A DNA stretch of 64,000 nucleotides from a virus: IMG/VR virus record IMGVR_UViG_3300032307_000797, one strand, 5' to 3'. The notes beneath the pieces are model-generated. The model was not told the DNA's origin. It did no database searches and was given only the letters and a program-made list of their open reading frames with translations. A program made the translations under genes and the position numbers. Shown in pieces: positions 39,914 to 48,690 of this stretch (its first letter is position 1; every line of letters begins with the position of its first letter).

Positions 39914-40217
39914 TTAATTGAGTTAAGTATTTTTTATAAAAATCATCGGGTTGTGCACCTGCAGATTGACCAATTAATGATGACCCTTCAAAGAACATTA
40001 CGGTCGGTACTGAACGGATACCCATATCCATTGAGAACTCTCTATTGTGGTCAACATTTAACTTGACAAATTTTACATCGGGGTACTGTTCTTCCATTCT
40101 TTCTAATCTTGGTATTAACATCTTACAGGGTCCACACCAATCTGCATAAAAGTCCACTAATAATTTTTCTCCGTGGAGTTTCATTTGTTCTAATTCTTCG
40201 CTTGTTACGTTTTGCAT
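39906..40217 (-). CDS. trxA: Thioredoxin
   Basis: VDFYADWCGPCK, IRSVPT. Confidence 0.95.
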   Translation of the reverse strand: MQNVTSEELEQMKLHGEKLLVDFYADWCGPCKMLIPRLERMEEQYPDVKFVKLNVDHNREFSMDMGIRSVPTVMFFEGSSLIGQSAGAQPDDFYKKYLTQLNG

Positions 40218-40221
40218 GTTT

Positions 40222-41298
40222 TTAATTATTAAATCCTATTGTTGTTTTATTTTCTGATTTATAGATTTCTTCATCTATATTGTAAATATCCGCTAAAGTC
40301 ATCCCTTTGTCAACCCTTTTTTCTTTTCCGAGGAATTCTAACAGATTATTTGTTTCTTCCACATTCAATTTTTCAAACTTGTGTTCCGCAATCAATCTAC
40401 CCTTACGAAGTAACGCTTGGTCTATTTTTTCACGTTTCATATTGAATGTTGCGATTATTTGGATGTTCAAACAATCACCGAGAATACCGTCGGTTAAGTT
40501 TAAGATGTTTGAGACCCCTACTGATGAACCATTACCCTCTCTATCGGCAATAACTCTCTCAGCATCCTCTACAATCAAGATTGAATTTTTGTGTTCCATA
40601 AGAAATGGAATGATTGCAGGTTCAGATAATGATTCTGCCATTGCCGGTGGGATAAATAAAATTTCCTTATCGGTAATTAATCGAGTAAGGTATTTGATAT
40701 AAGAAGTTTTACCTGTACCCGGGTCGCCATGGAAAAGAATGATACCCTTATCCATCGGCTTGTTTAATCGTTGGATGATGACTTCGTGAATCTTTAAGAA
40801 CTTCTCACCGTAATTCAACTTCAAATCCATATCGGGAACATTCATCTCATACTCTTCAGTATCTAAATGACCCATTTCAGATTTGACCAAGTTGATGCCC
40901 GACTTCTTTATTTCAATCTCAAATTCAGATAACTTGTAATTTTCAGCCAACACTGTTGGTGATTGTTTCAGTGAATCATAATACAAAACCACGTCATAAT
41001 ACATTCCGTGTGTTTTATCGATTGTACTTTTCAAAACAATCATCACACCATCTTTTTTACTTACCATAAGGTGAGTGTTCGATGGTTTATCATAACGTCT
41101 TCCAGTGATAATTAATTCACAATCATTGGTGAATTCTTGACCAATTAAATGAGAATACAATTCTGAACTGTAATTCTTTTTTGAATTAATCATCTTCGAT
41201 GGTAATGTATCGAACATGTGAATAAAATATTGCTCCACCGGCAATTCGTTTCCGTAACCTATCTCGTGTAGTGGGTATTTCTCAGGTAATCTATTCAT
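40222..41298 (-). CDS. AAA+ ATPase
   Basis: Walker A GDPGTGKT, Walker B ILIVEDAE, IDQALLRKGR. Confidence 0.9.
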   Translation of the reverse strand: MNRLPEKYPLHEIGYGNELPVEQYFIHMFDTLPSKMINSKKNYSSELYSHLIGQEFTNDCELIITGRRYDKPSNTHLMVSKKDGVMIVLKSTIDKTHGMYYDVVLYYDSLKQSPTVLAENYKLSEFEIEIKKSGINLVKSEMGHLDTEEYEMNVPDMDLKLNYGEKFLKIHEVIIQRLNKPMDKGIILFHGDPGTGKTSYIKYLTRLITDKEILFIPPAMAESLSEPAIIPFLMEHKNSILIVEDAERVIADREGNGSSVGVSNILNLTDGILGDCLNIQIIATFNMKREKIDQALLRKGRLIAEHKFEKLNVEETNNLLEFLGKEKRVDKGMTLADIYNIDEEIYKSENKTTIGFNN

Positions 41299-41300
41299 CT

Positions 41301-41585
41301 CTACTTTAAATAAAAATTTATATTCTTAGGAATGTATTCATAAATTGAATCATCTTCCTTTTCTGCTTCTTTAAATGCTCTTAACGTTATTCGAATCAAT
41401 TCGAATTGTTCTTTTGTTAGTTGTGGTTCTCCCCTCTTTTCATAATTTACCTTGGCAACATCAATTACCAATTCAAAAAACGATTCCTCATCATTATCAC
41501 CAATAAAATAATCCCTTGCCCCTGAATTGTTTTCAAGGTATGTCTTTACGTTTTGTATGTAAACCAGAACATCGGGATGTATCAT
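41301..41585 (-). CDS. Hypothetical protein
   Basis: 94-aa ORF in operon. Confidence 0.75.
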   Translation of the reverse strand: MIHPDVLVYIQNVKTYLENNSGARDYFIGDNDEESFFELVIDVAKVNYEKRGEPQLTKEQFELIRITLRAFKEAEKEDDSIYEYIPKNINFYLK

Positions 41586-41587
41586 TC

Positions 41588-42475
41588 TTAGTAATTCATT
41601 ATTAATAACTCAATTCCTTCATTTTGTGTACCGTCTTTTTTGGAACCTGCAGCTTTTTTAAATGTTCGTGATTCCCATCTGTATCCTCGAGCAAACAACG
41701 ACATTTGTCCATTTTCATCAACTCCATTTGAATATCTTGGGAACCATTCATTTAATTGTGGAAACTCATAGTATGATAAACTAAATTTTCCTTGTGCTGC
41801 TTTCAATGTGTCTGCCAATCTCTTGTGGTCATCAGCATCGAAATCGTGATTGGAATAATAGTTCTCAGTTTTCCAATACGGTGGGTCCATATAGAAATAA
41901 GTTGTTGGTGAATCGTACTTCTCCACAACTTTTTGGAAATCCATATTCTCAACAAAGGTTATCCTTTCAAGATGTGCACGATATTCGGGATGTCTTAGTT
42001 TGTCCATGAATATCAAAACCTTACAACGATATTTCCCCTTGTAATCAGTATAATTTGATGATTCGGGTTTTGAACCTGAGAATACTTGTGTCAACACATA
42101 AACATACTTGGCGGCAGCTTCGAAATTCGGGTCATCACCAATAACAAAATCAGGAGCAAAAACTTCCTTCTGATATTGTTTGAACATCTGTTCGTATTCC
42201 GGTGGTGTTTCCTCCACACCTAATTGTTGACATGGGTATTTTGATAACTCTTCCCATAATCTTTCATAGTGTTTGGCGCATCGAAATAAATTTGTGTTTA
42301 ATTTGTTGAAGTCGTTGTACACCACTGTTTTCAGGTTAGGGTATTTCTTCAAATCCATATTAAAGAACACCCAGAACATTCCTGAGAATCCCTCAACGTA
42401 TGTTTCAATGTCCGTTGGGATGAATGGGACAATCCACTTTCCAATCCGTGCCTTACCACCAATATATGATATCAT
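41588..42475 (-). CDS. dam: DNA adenine methyltransferase (Dam/D12 class)
   Basis: YIGGK, YVEGFSG, NDFN, catalytic DPPY, ELLIMNY. Confidence 0.9.
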   Translation of the reverse strand: MISYIGGKARIGKWIVPFIPTDIETYVEGFSGMFWVFFNMDLKKYPNLKTVVYNDFNKLNTNLFRCAKHYERLWEELSKYPCQQLGVEETPPEYEQMFKQYQKEVFAPDFVIGDDPNFEAAAKYVYVLTQVFSGSKPESSNYTDYKGKYRCKVLIFMDKLRHPEYRAHLERITFVENMDFQKVVEKYDSPTTYFYMDPPYWKTENYYSNHDFDADDHKRLADTLKAAQGKFSLSYYEFPQLNEWFPRYSNGVDENGQMSLFARGYRWESRTFKKAAGSKKDGTQNEGIELLIMNY

Positions 42476-42598
42476 ATTTAAAAGCTTTCTTAAATGTTAT
42501 GTTGATACATTTAAAAATATAAGTAAAAAAAACCGAAAAAAGAAGGGGGTGAGTAAAGTTCTTTACTAACAATTATTTATTTCGTATATTGTTTTATT

Positions 42599-42751
42599 AT
42601 GGGATGTTCAGAATGTAAAAAGAAACAAACAATGAAAGAAGAAATGCTTGAGAGTTCTAAATTCGTGAGCAACGCTGTTGTTTGGTTTGTTGTGGTATGG
42701 AGTGGGTTCGCCATTTATGGTATCTATACCCTCATCAGTAAATTAATATGA
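42599..42751 (+). CDS. 50-aa CxxC + single-TM peptide (not in ORF track)
   Basis: MGCSECKKKQ...VVWFVVVWSGFAIYGIYTLISKLI; ATGA overlap with 42748; CGTATATT motif upstream. Confidence 0.7.
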   Translation: MGCSECKKKQTMKEEMLESSKFVSNAVVWFVVVWSGFAIYGIYTLISKLI

Positions 42752-43386
42752 AAAATGGGAAGTACTTCATAGTTCTTTTTTGTAATAAGAAAAAGATAAA
42801 AATGTTATATCGTTGCCAAAAATTGACAACGGTGTATGAACATTGGCGTGAGTACAAAACCCAAAAACAACCTCGATTTTTAAAAATACAAGGAGGAAAG
42901 CGAAAACAAGAGTTAGTTTATGAACTTGCACTAATCTTTCCTAACAATAGGTGGTCAACCAAAACATTCGTTAGAGATAGTTTAGGTAGAACCATTGAAG
43001 CAAAAATGGAAGATGAGAAATTCCGCATCAAAGAGATTATTCCTTATTGGAAGGAGGAGTTGATTTACGATTTCCAAAAGAAAGAACACGTCAGATATCA
43101 CATAATGTTAGAAGAAATTATGGGTATCAGTGAGATAGGACAAATTTTTACTTTAAATAATAAACTATTTGTTCAAAATGAAAACGACATCCGTTTATAT
43201 GGTAATAAAAACATAAAGGATGCGGAAAGATTATTCGATTTAGTGAGGGAAGACCTACTAAAAAAGAAAAAGAGTAACTTCATCTTTGTTAAGGATGTTA
43301 CCACCGCACAAAGGAAATTACTCTATACTTTATTGGAGTCAAAAGGGTTTAAGAGGACCGAACTTTTTCGTCATTACTCTTATTAA
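42748..43386 (+). CDS. Hypothetical basic protein
   Basis: 212-aa plus-strand ORF with no competing minus-strand gene. Confidence 0.75.
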   Translation: MKNGKYFIVLFCNKKKIKMLYRCQKLTTVYEHWREYKTQKQPRFLKIQGGKRKQELVYELALIFPNNRWSTKTFVRDSLGRTIEAKMEDEKFRIKEIIPYWKEELIYDFQKKEHVRYHIMLEEIMGISEIGQIFTLNNKLFVQNENDIRLYGNKNIKDAERLFDLVREDLLKKKKSNFIFVKDVTTAQRKLLYTLLESKGFKRTELFRHYSY

Positions 43387-43606
43387 AAACAATATCAACT
43401 TCACCTAACTTTATTGTAAACGTCTTACCGGCAGAAGTTGCTCGTCTGTTTTGTTTTTTACAGATATAATCGTAAACTTTTTGATATTCTGATTCGGGAA
43501 CTTCAAGCACGATGGTGCTCGAATCTGATTTAAGATTTAATTTTTCAACTAAGTCACTAATAATTGCCAGTTGGTTTAATAAATCACCCTTTTTTTCCAT
43601 AACCAA
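43349..43606 (-). CDS. Hypothetical protein
   Basis: 85-aa ORF in operon. Confidence 0.65.
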   Translation of the reverse strand: MVMEKKGDLLNQLAIISDLVEKLNLKSDSSTIVLEVPESEYQKVYDYICKKQNRRATSAGKTFTIKLGEVDIVFNKSNDEKVRSS

Positions 43607-43796
43607 ATATCTTCAATATCTTTTTAAATATACTCGTTTTTTCCTTTTCGGGAACTTTAAACATTTCTTCTTTATTGAGTTGCTTGATTTCGTCAATCAT
43701 CCTCCTCTTGTGATTCGCTATCTCCTTCTGGTCCTTCTCCGTTTCCTTCTTCAACCAATTTAATCCCTGTTGGAGATTCTTGTTCTGTTTTTGCAT
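43584..43796 (-). CDS. Hypothetical basic protein
   Basis: 70 aa; overlaps the upstream gene by ~100 nt and fills the gap to 43606. Confidence 0.55.
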   Translation of the reverse strand: MQKQNKNLQQGLNWLKKETEKDQKEIANHKRRMIDEIKQLNKEEMFKVPEKEKTSIFKKILKIFGYGKKG

Positions 43797-44154
43797 TTTC
43801 GATAAAACTTAGGTCTTTTAATTTATCCAAAGATTCGTGTTGGAATAAGATTTGTAGTTCCTTGATTTTTGCCTGTAACAAACGTTCCTTTTCCTCCATC
43901 TCTTTGTTTGTTTCAATCACATCTTTTGCACACGCAAACGCGGTTTCATATCCTGTATATGTCGCTTGGGCAATGATTGATAAAAGAGTGAACTTCTCGT
44001 TCTTATCCTGTACTTTAAATTTTATTGACTTGTATGGTGCAACGATTTGTTCAAACTTCCATGTGATTGGTAGTTTAATGTCCAAACTTACGTTACTGTC
44101 GATTTCTCTTAGAGAGAAAAAATATGGTCTTAGATGTTTTATTGATTCAAACAC
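43693..44154 (-). CDS. Hypothetical protein (coiled coil, acidic tail)
   Basis: 153 aa, GTG start. Confidence 0.75.
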   Translation of the reverse strand: MFESIKHLRPYFFSLREIDSNVSLDIKLPITWKFEQIVAPYKSIKFKVQDKNEKFTLLSIIAQATYTGYETAFACAKDVIETNKEMEEKERLLQAKIKELQILFQHESLDKLKDLSFIENAKTEQESPTGIKLVEEGNGEGPEGDSESQEEDD

Positions 44155-44158
44155 GTTC

Positions 44159-44338
44159 TTAAATTATTATATATGTTATTATATATGAAATAGCAAGGTA
44201 AATGAAGACCTCTTTAACAGAGTTCACCTCCATTGGTTGTGGTTCTTCCTGAAATAGTTTTACAATAAACTCAATGACAAATCTTAAAGTGAACACTAAT
44301 GACAGGATGAACAAAAAAAGTTTAATTTGTTCAATCAT
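44159..44338 (-). CDS. 59-aa two-TM membrane protein (not in ORF track)
   Basis: MIEQIKLFLFILSLVFTLRFVIEFIVKLF...VFIYLAISYIITYIII; overlaps the upstream stop. Confidence 0.65.
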   Translation of the reverse strand: MIEQIKLFLFILSLVFTLRFVIEFIVKLFQEEPQPMEVNSVKEVFIYLAISYIITYIII

Positions 44339-44510
44339 GTCGTTTAATCTCCTCTAATATTTCTTTTCTGTAGTTAGCAATGAGTGTTTTGATTTCTTGT
44401 GCATATTTTCTTGCACGGATTGAAGCACTCCTATTCCCCTTTTCATACACTTTAGTGGTATCTACAGACATTTTCTCCACCAAGTCTTTTATTTTCTTTA
44501 GTGTTTCCAT
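44331..44510 (-). CDS. Histone H1-like Hc1-family nucleoid protein, 59 aa (not in ORF track)
   Basis: METLKKIKDLVEKMSVDTTKVYEKGNRSASIRARKYAQEIK...; matches the GNxxAxxRARK Hc1 signature. Confidence 0.75.
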   Translation of the reverse strand: METLKKIKDLVEKMSVDTTKVYEKGNRSASIRARKYAQEIKTLIANYRKEILEEIKRHD

Positions 44511-44548
44511 AATTATTCCGTTTTTATTATTAATATACGGAAAAAAAT

Positions 44549-45016
44549 CTACTTTTTCAAGTTTTGCTCTAACAATTTATAAACTTCGGTGAGCATGTCA
44601 AGTTCAGACCTTGACTTTCGGTGTTTGAAATCGAATAGTTTAAAAAAGTATTCCCCGATTCTTGGGTTACCCTCATCCATTTTGACACTATAATATGCCT
44701 CATGGAAGAAGTTCCAAAAATACTCGTAATGGCTTCCCTTTTCTTTGAAATAGATTTTTTCTTTGGAGAAATTAGATAGGATTCTATCCCAACACCAATT
44801 GAAGTGATTGTGTTGGTCAATTTCCTTATATAGGACATCGGTACCTAAAAAGGTGGTGTCCACCAATTCATATAATGATGATAGGAAATCGTAAAAAAGT
44901 TCTATTTTTTCACGATGTATATTATATGCTCTGTACCAAACGTCGATTTGATGTCTGTATTTTTCAGTGGCTTGCGACTCCATATATTCTTCTCTCTTTT
45001 CCATATCCCTTATCAT
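44549..45016 (-). CDS. Hypothetical protein
   Basis: 155-aa aromatic-rich ORF. Confidence 0.75.
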   Translation of the reverse strand: MIRDMEKREEYMESQATEKYRHQIDVWYRAYNIHREKIELFYDFLSSLYELVDTTFLGTDVLYKEIDQHNHFNWCWDRILSNFSKEKIYFKEKGSHYEYFWNFFHEAYYSVKMDEGNPRIGEYFFKLFDFKHRKSRSELDMLTEVYKLLEQNLKK

Positions 45017-45054
45017 ATTGAAAATATAAGGAAAGAAAAGGACAAAAAGAAGAA

Positions 45055-46314
45055 TTACTGAGTTCTTTCGTCGTATCCTAAAATTTTCTTCATTCTCTTG
45101 ATTTCTTCCTCAAGAACTGAAGACATACTAGGTTTTTCAGATTCGTTAACCACGTTAACTTTCTCAGGTTCTTTCCAACTGTGACCCCAACTAACTTGAG
45201 GTTCTTTAGAAATCTTCTTAGCCTTTCTTTCAGTTTTTACTTTGATTTTCTTTCCTGTTTCTGTTTTAACAACATTCGCAGCATCTTGAGAATTACCCAT
45301 AGTTGAGTCCCCCTCCAATGCTTTCTTTAATCTTTCTTTGAATCTTTCAGATGGTTCGTAATCGTAGTTTAAATCTTCAAGTCCACCACCTCTATAATCT
45401 TCGATATTTTCATTTTCTTCGTCAGTTGTTCTCTGAGCTACGGTTTCTCCTTTACCAATTGCTTTAGGAAACTCAGGATTATCGTTACCGTTAAATGATG
45501 AAACATCTTTTAATTTTTTCTCAACATCATTCATATGTGATTTAGATTCTTCACCAGAACCTTTTTGTGCTTTCTTAGTAATCTCTAAACCCGGTACCGC
45601 TTCGTTTACCATTTTGGAAATTAAAGAAACCAATTCACTTTCTGTAAGTCTTAAAGTGTTTCCTGTTGATTCGTTCATAGGTGAACCACACTCAGAACAC
45701 ATACCTTCCTCATTTAACATAGAACCACATTCATTACAAGAACCCATTCCTTCAGAAACATCTTCTTTCTTACCTGCTCTTAAATCAGCTAAGTCGTCAG
45801 CACCAATGTCACCGTCTTTGTCAACGTCAAGTTTATGTTGGTCTCCGGTAAGTTCTTCTTCCATCTCACCACACTCAGCACACATTTCCTCTTCTTCAAG
45901 TTGTTTGTAACACTCGTCAACATTATAAGTTTCTTCTCCAACTTTAAATTCTTTTAGACCCTTTTCTTTAGCATCTAAAACGGCTTGTGCCAAATTCTTA
46001 ACCTTTACAGTCTTTTTTTCCATGGTTTTTGTTTCTTTAACTTCAAGTTCTTCTCCTAAATCTTCCATTTTATCAATCATTTCTGAATAGGAGTTATATT
46101 TTGTTTTTTCTATTATGAATTCTTTTTCAGGATGTTTTTTCTTATAAATATTCAAATGTGCCATTGCATCATCCTCAGTCTTAAAAGTATCAACGGGTTC
46201 TCCCTCACATGTGATGTGAAAAACCTCGTGACCTTCTTCTCCTTCCTTTAGAATGGTATTTCTTACCTCGTCTGCCAAGGACTCATTAATAATATTTTGA
46301 ATATCTGAAATCAT
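45055..46314 (-). CDS. Acidic putative internal head protein (CxECG repeats, EF-hand-like loop)
   Basis: CAECG, CNECG, CSECG; DVDKDGDIGADD; many hydrophobic-x-Glu motifs; TATTTAT upstream. Confidence 0.6.
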   Translation of the reverse strand: MISDIQNIINESLADEVRNTILKEGEEGHEVFHITCEGEPVDTFKTEDDAMAHLNIYKKKHPEKEFIIEKTKYNSYSEMIDKMEDLGEELEVKETKTMEKKTVKVKNLAQAVLDAKEKGLKEFKVGEETYNVDECYKQLEEEEMCAECGEMEEELTGDQHKLDVDKDGDIGADDLADLRAGKKEDVSEGMGSCNECGSMLNEEGMCSECGSPMNESTGNTLRLTESELVSLISKMVNEAVPGLEITKKAQKGSGEESKSHMNDVEKKLKDVSSFNGNDNPEFPKAIGKGETVAQRTTDEENENIEDYRGGGLEDLNYDYEPSERFKERLKKALEGDSTMGNSQDAANVVKTETGKKIKVKTERKAKKISKEPQVSWGHSWKEPEKVNVVNESEKPSMSSVLEEEIKRMKKILGYDERTQ

Positions 46315-46315
46315 C

Positions 46316-47116
46316 TTACTTTATAAATATCTTGTTTATCTCATTTAATACTACTTTCTCCATTTCTGAATATGGAATACCGTAAGTTTTTGATGCGTTC
46401 TCGATAGCTTCTTTAAGACCCGCAATCTCCAATTGTTCAATTGCTTTGATGTCACCCTGATTACAATAGGGAAATTTCTTACACTTATCTTTAATTTTAA
46501 TAAAGATTCCACCGGGTCCACCGTACTTCGGGAATTTTTTATCCTTAACTGCCCTACTCTTTTTAATACTATCGGGACCACTAATCTTTAATGGATTTTT
46601 ACTCCCATCACCAAAAGGAACGTCATAAGCACCTGATGCATCTGCTGCCATCGCCTCCTTTAAATTGTGGATAATATCGATTTTTCTTTTAATCGGTTGT
46701 GAACTAAGTGCTGCAACAAAAGAACCTGCAGAATCCGCACCCATTGATTCGTTTGCCTCAATCTTACTTAGTTTGTCATAGTATTTTGGGTCCTCAGATA
46801 AATGGTCCATAGCAATTTCTTTTGCCATGGATTCATCTTTTGTATGTTCCTTCTCGACTTTAATCCCTTTATCTAACTGTTTTTTCAAGAACTTAACCAT
46901 ATCATCAATATGGTAATATCCTTTCTTGTCATGTTTCTTCGCGATATCTTCTAAAGACATCTTATCAGAAAGACCGCCTTTTAATTTTTCTTCGTCAACT
47001 TTTTTCTTACCCTGACAATGTGCTCTTTGTGAAAAACCTTTTGGGTTCGAGCAATCAATGGAGTCTTTATATTTTTGTGACCACTTTTCTTCTACGTATT
47101 TTCTAACGTTTAACAT
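46316..47116 (-). CDS. DUF5661-like putative internal head protein
   Basis: QLDKGIKVEKEHT...EIAMDHLSEDPKYYDKL; N-terminal KWSQKYKDSIDCSNPKGFSQRAHC module. Confidence 0.65.
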   Translation of the reverse strand: MLNVRKYVEEKWSQKYKDSIDCSNPKGFSQRAHCQGKKKVDEEKLKGGLSDKMSLEDIAKKHDKKGYYHIDDMVKFLKKQLDKGIKVEKEHTKDESMAKEIAMDHLSEDPKYYDKLSKIEANESMGADSAGSFVAALSSQPIKRKIDIIHNLKEAMAADASGAYDVPFGDGSKNPLKISGPDSIKKSRAVKDKKFPKYGGPGGIFIKIKDKCKKFPYCNQGDIKAIEQLEIAGLKEAIENASKTYGIPYSEMEKVVLNEINKIFIK

Positions 47117-47355
47117 TACTTAACACTTTTTAAGGATGTCTCCCAGAATGATTTACGTTGCCATAATGTTTTAAACAATTCGACAACCACCTTAGTGGAG
47201 AGGTCAACAATTTTATCGTCGATATTTCGAGTACCAAGTTCCTTTTGAATCATTTTAACCACAATGTTATGTGCTTGCGTGGTCTCAAGGAAATCTTTCA
47301 TCTCTTTCCTTGAAATTCTCTCAATCTCTTTAATATCTGCGTTAGTTAGTGCCAT
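47116..47355 (-). CDS. Hypothetical protein
   Basis: 79 aa, TAATG-coupled. Confidence 0.75.
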   Translation of the reverse strand: MALTNADIKEIERISRKEMKDFLETTQAHNIVVKMIQKELGTRNIDDKIVDLSTKVVVELFKTLWQRKSFWETSLKSVK

Positions 47356-47356
47356 A

Positions 47357-47914
47357 TTACGTTGTTCTTCTATCTCTTAACATTGGTTCCATTGCTGAGA
47401 TAAATGTTGGTTTAAACTTAACTAGTTTATCAAACATTTCTAATGTCTCATTTTCAATTGGTAACATGTCTGAATTAATATATAAACCGCTTTCGTTTCC
47501 TGCAATCATTACAAAATTGATATCTAAATCGGTGATTGACCCATCTAATCTAATTTGTTGTTCGTCAATCGTAAAACCCGGATTTAAATCCGATAATTGA
47601 GCAACTTGTTGTCTGAATGAATCGATTAACTGACTGATACTGTTTTTCTCGTCATCTTTTAGTTTTGTGTCCTCTTGGTCGGTTGAGATTAATTTTACCT
47701 CAACTTCATTAACTACCTCAACATTATCAAATTTCTCTTGGTATGATTCAGGACTTGGAACGTCATCTCCCGGTTCTGAAGGTTGTGGTTCTGATGGTTG
47801 CACGTCTTCAGTTAAGATTGACGTATTCTTGGATAGTTTTGATTCATTAAGGTTTCTCATTGTACTGAGCATTCCCTTAATCTCATCATAAGCTGTTTGT
47901 TTCTTTGTATTCAT
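47357..47914 (-). CDS. Hypothetical, probably virion protein
   Basis: 185 aa, acidic; NLNES and ILTED motifs. Confidence 0.7.
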   Translation of the reverse strand: MNTKKQTAYDEIKGMLSTMRNLNESKLSKNTSILTEDVQPSEPQPSEPGDDVPSPESYQEKFDNVEVVNEVEVKLISTDQEDTKLKDDEKNSISQLIDSFRQQVAQLSDLNPGFTIDEQQIRLDGSITDLDINFVMIAGNESGLYINSDMLPIENETLEMFDKLVKFKPTFISAMEPMLRDRRTT

Positions 47915-48509
47915 CTTTTAAAAATATTCTAAAATTAAACGAAGGGTTTATATCTGTATAAATATTTGAAAAATTGGATTTACAGACAACTCCGTGGAAT
48001 TTTAAGACATTTTCCAAATATCCTTGGGATGGTACGGTTTGGTAGGGGATATCATGAGTATCGCATAGATACTCACACAACTTAGTAATTGACTCCATTT
48101 GGGAATCACTGTATCTGTCCCAGAAGTAATAATTTCTCCAATTACGAGCAAATGGTTCTGACCTATATGGGTCCCCAATCCAATTATTCATGAATCCCGT
48201 TATAGTATTCTTATGTAACCAACCGAGATTCTCTATAGCAATTTTGATGAATTGTTTGTCAATTTTAGGTTCATCAAAAGTATTCGAATAGTGTTTAGTA
48301 TCGAATAGTTGATATATGGTACCTAATTTGGTGATAACAAAGTGTGGGACTTCGTCGTACTTGCCGTTTCTTCTGTGTCTAATTTTATTTAAAAAATCAT
48401 CGGCTCTACGTCCCGTATCGTATAAGAATATTTGTGTTTTCTTGGATTTCCTCTTAGTAATATTAAGAGTTTTACTATCTAAACCTTCTACGTTGTGTAT
48501 TTCCAACAT
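47886..48509 (-). CDS. N-acetylmuramoyl-L-alanine amidase-like (Amidase_2 fold), degenerate Zn site
   Basis: PHFVITKLGTIYQLFD, IAIENLG, YSDSQMES...L, TDINP; but YDT replaces HHT. Confidence 0.7.
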   Translation of the reverse strand: MLEIHNVEGLDSKTLNITKRKSKKTQIFLYDTGRRADDFLNKIRHRRNGKYDEVPHFVITKLGTIYQLFDTKHYSNTFDEPKIDKQFIKIAIENLGWLHKNTITGFMNNWIGDPYRSEPFARNWRNYYFWDRYSDSQMESITKLCEYLCDTHDIPYQTVPSQGYLENVLKFHGVVCKSNFSNIYTDINPSFNFRIFLKDEYKETNSL

Positions 48510-48690
48510 TCCTCGTTATAATTTTTCTCATCGGGGCTTGTCTAATTGTTGGTGTTTCATCAATCGTTTGTTCCCCCGTATTATCGTCACTTTCCCAATA
48601 AATTGAATCACTATTAGTAGAAACCTCTTCTTCCAAACCATAATTTGGAGTATCTTGATTGGAGGGGACTTCTGCTTCTACTACTTTTTT
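48475..48690 (-). other. Candidate -1 frameshift site (A AAA AAG in an A10 run) and 69-codon extension
   Basis: GAA AAA AAA AAG TAG TAG; the -1 frame is open VVEAEVPS...TQRRRFR to TAG at 48477-48475. Confidence 0.6.

Noticed and set aside
48678-48683. TAG recoding (alternative genetic code)
   Set aside because: Long genes are intact under the standard code and TAG ends other genes normally. The -1 frame explains the downstream sequence better.
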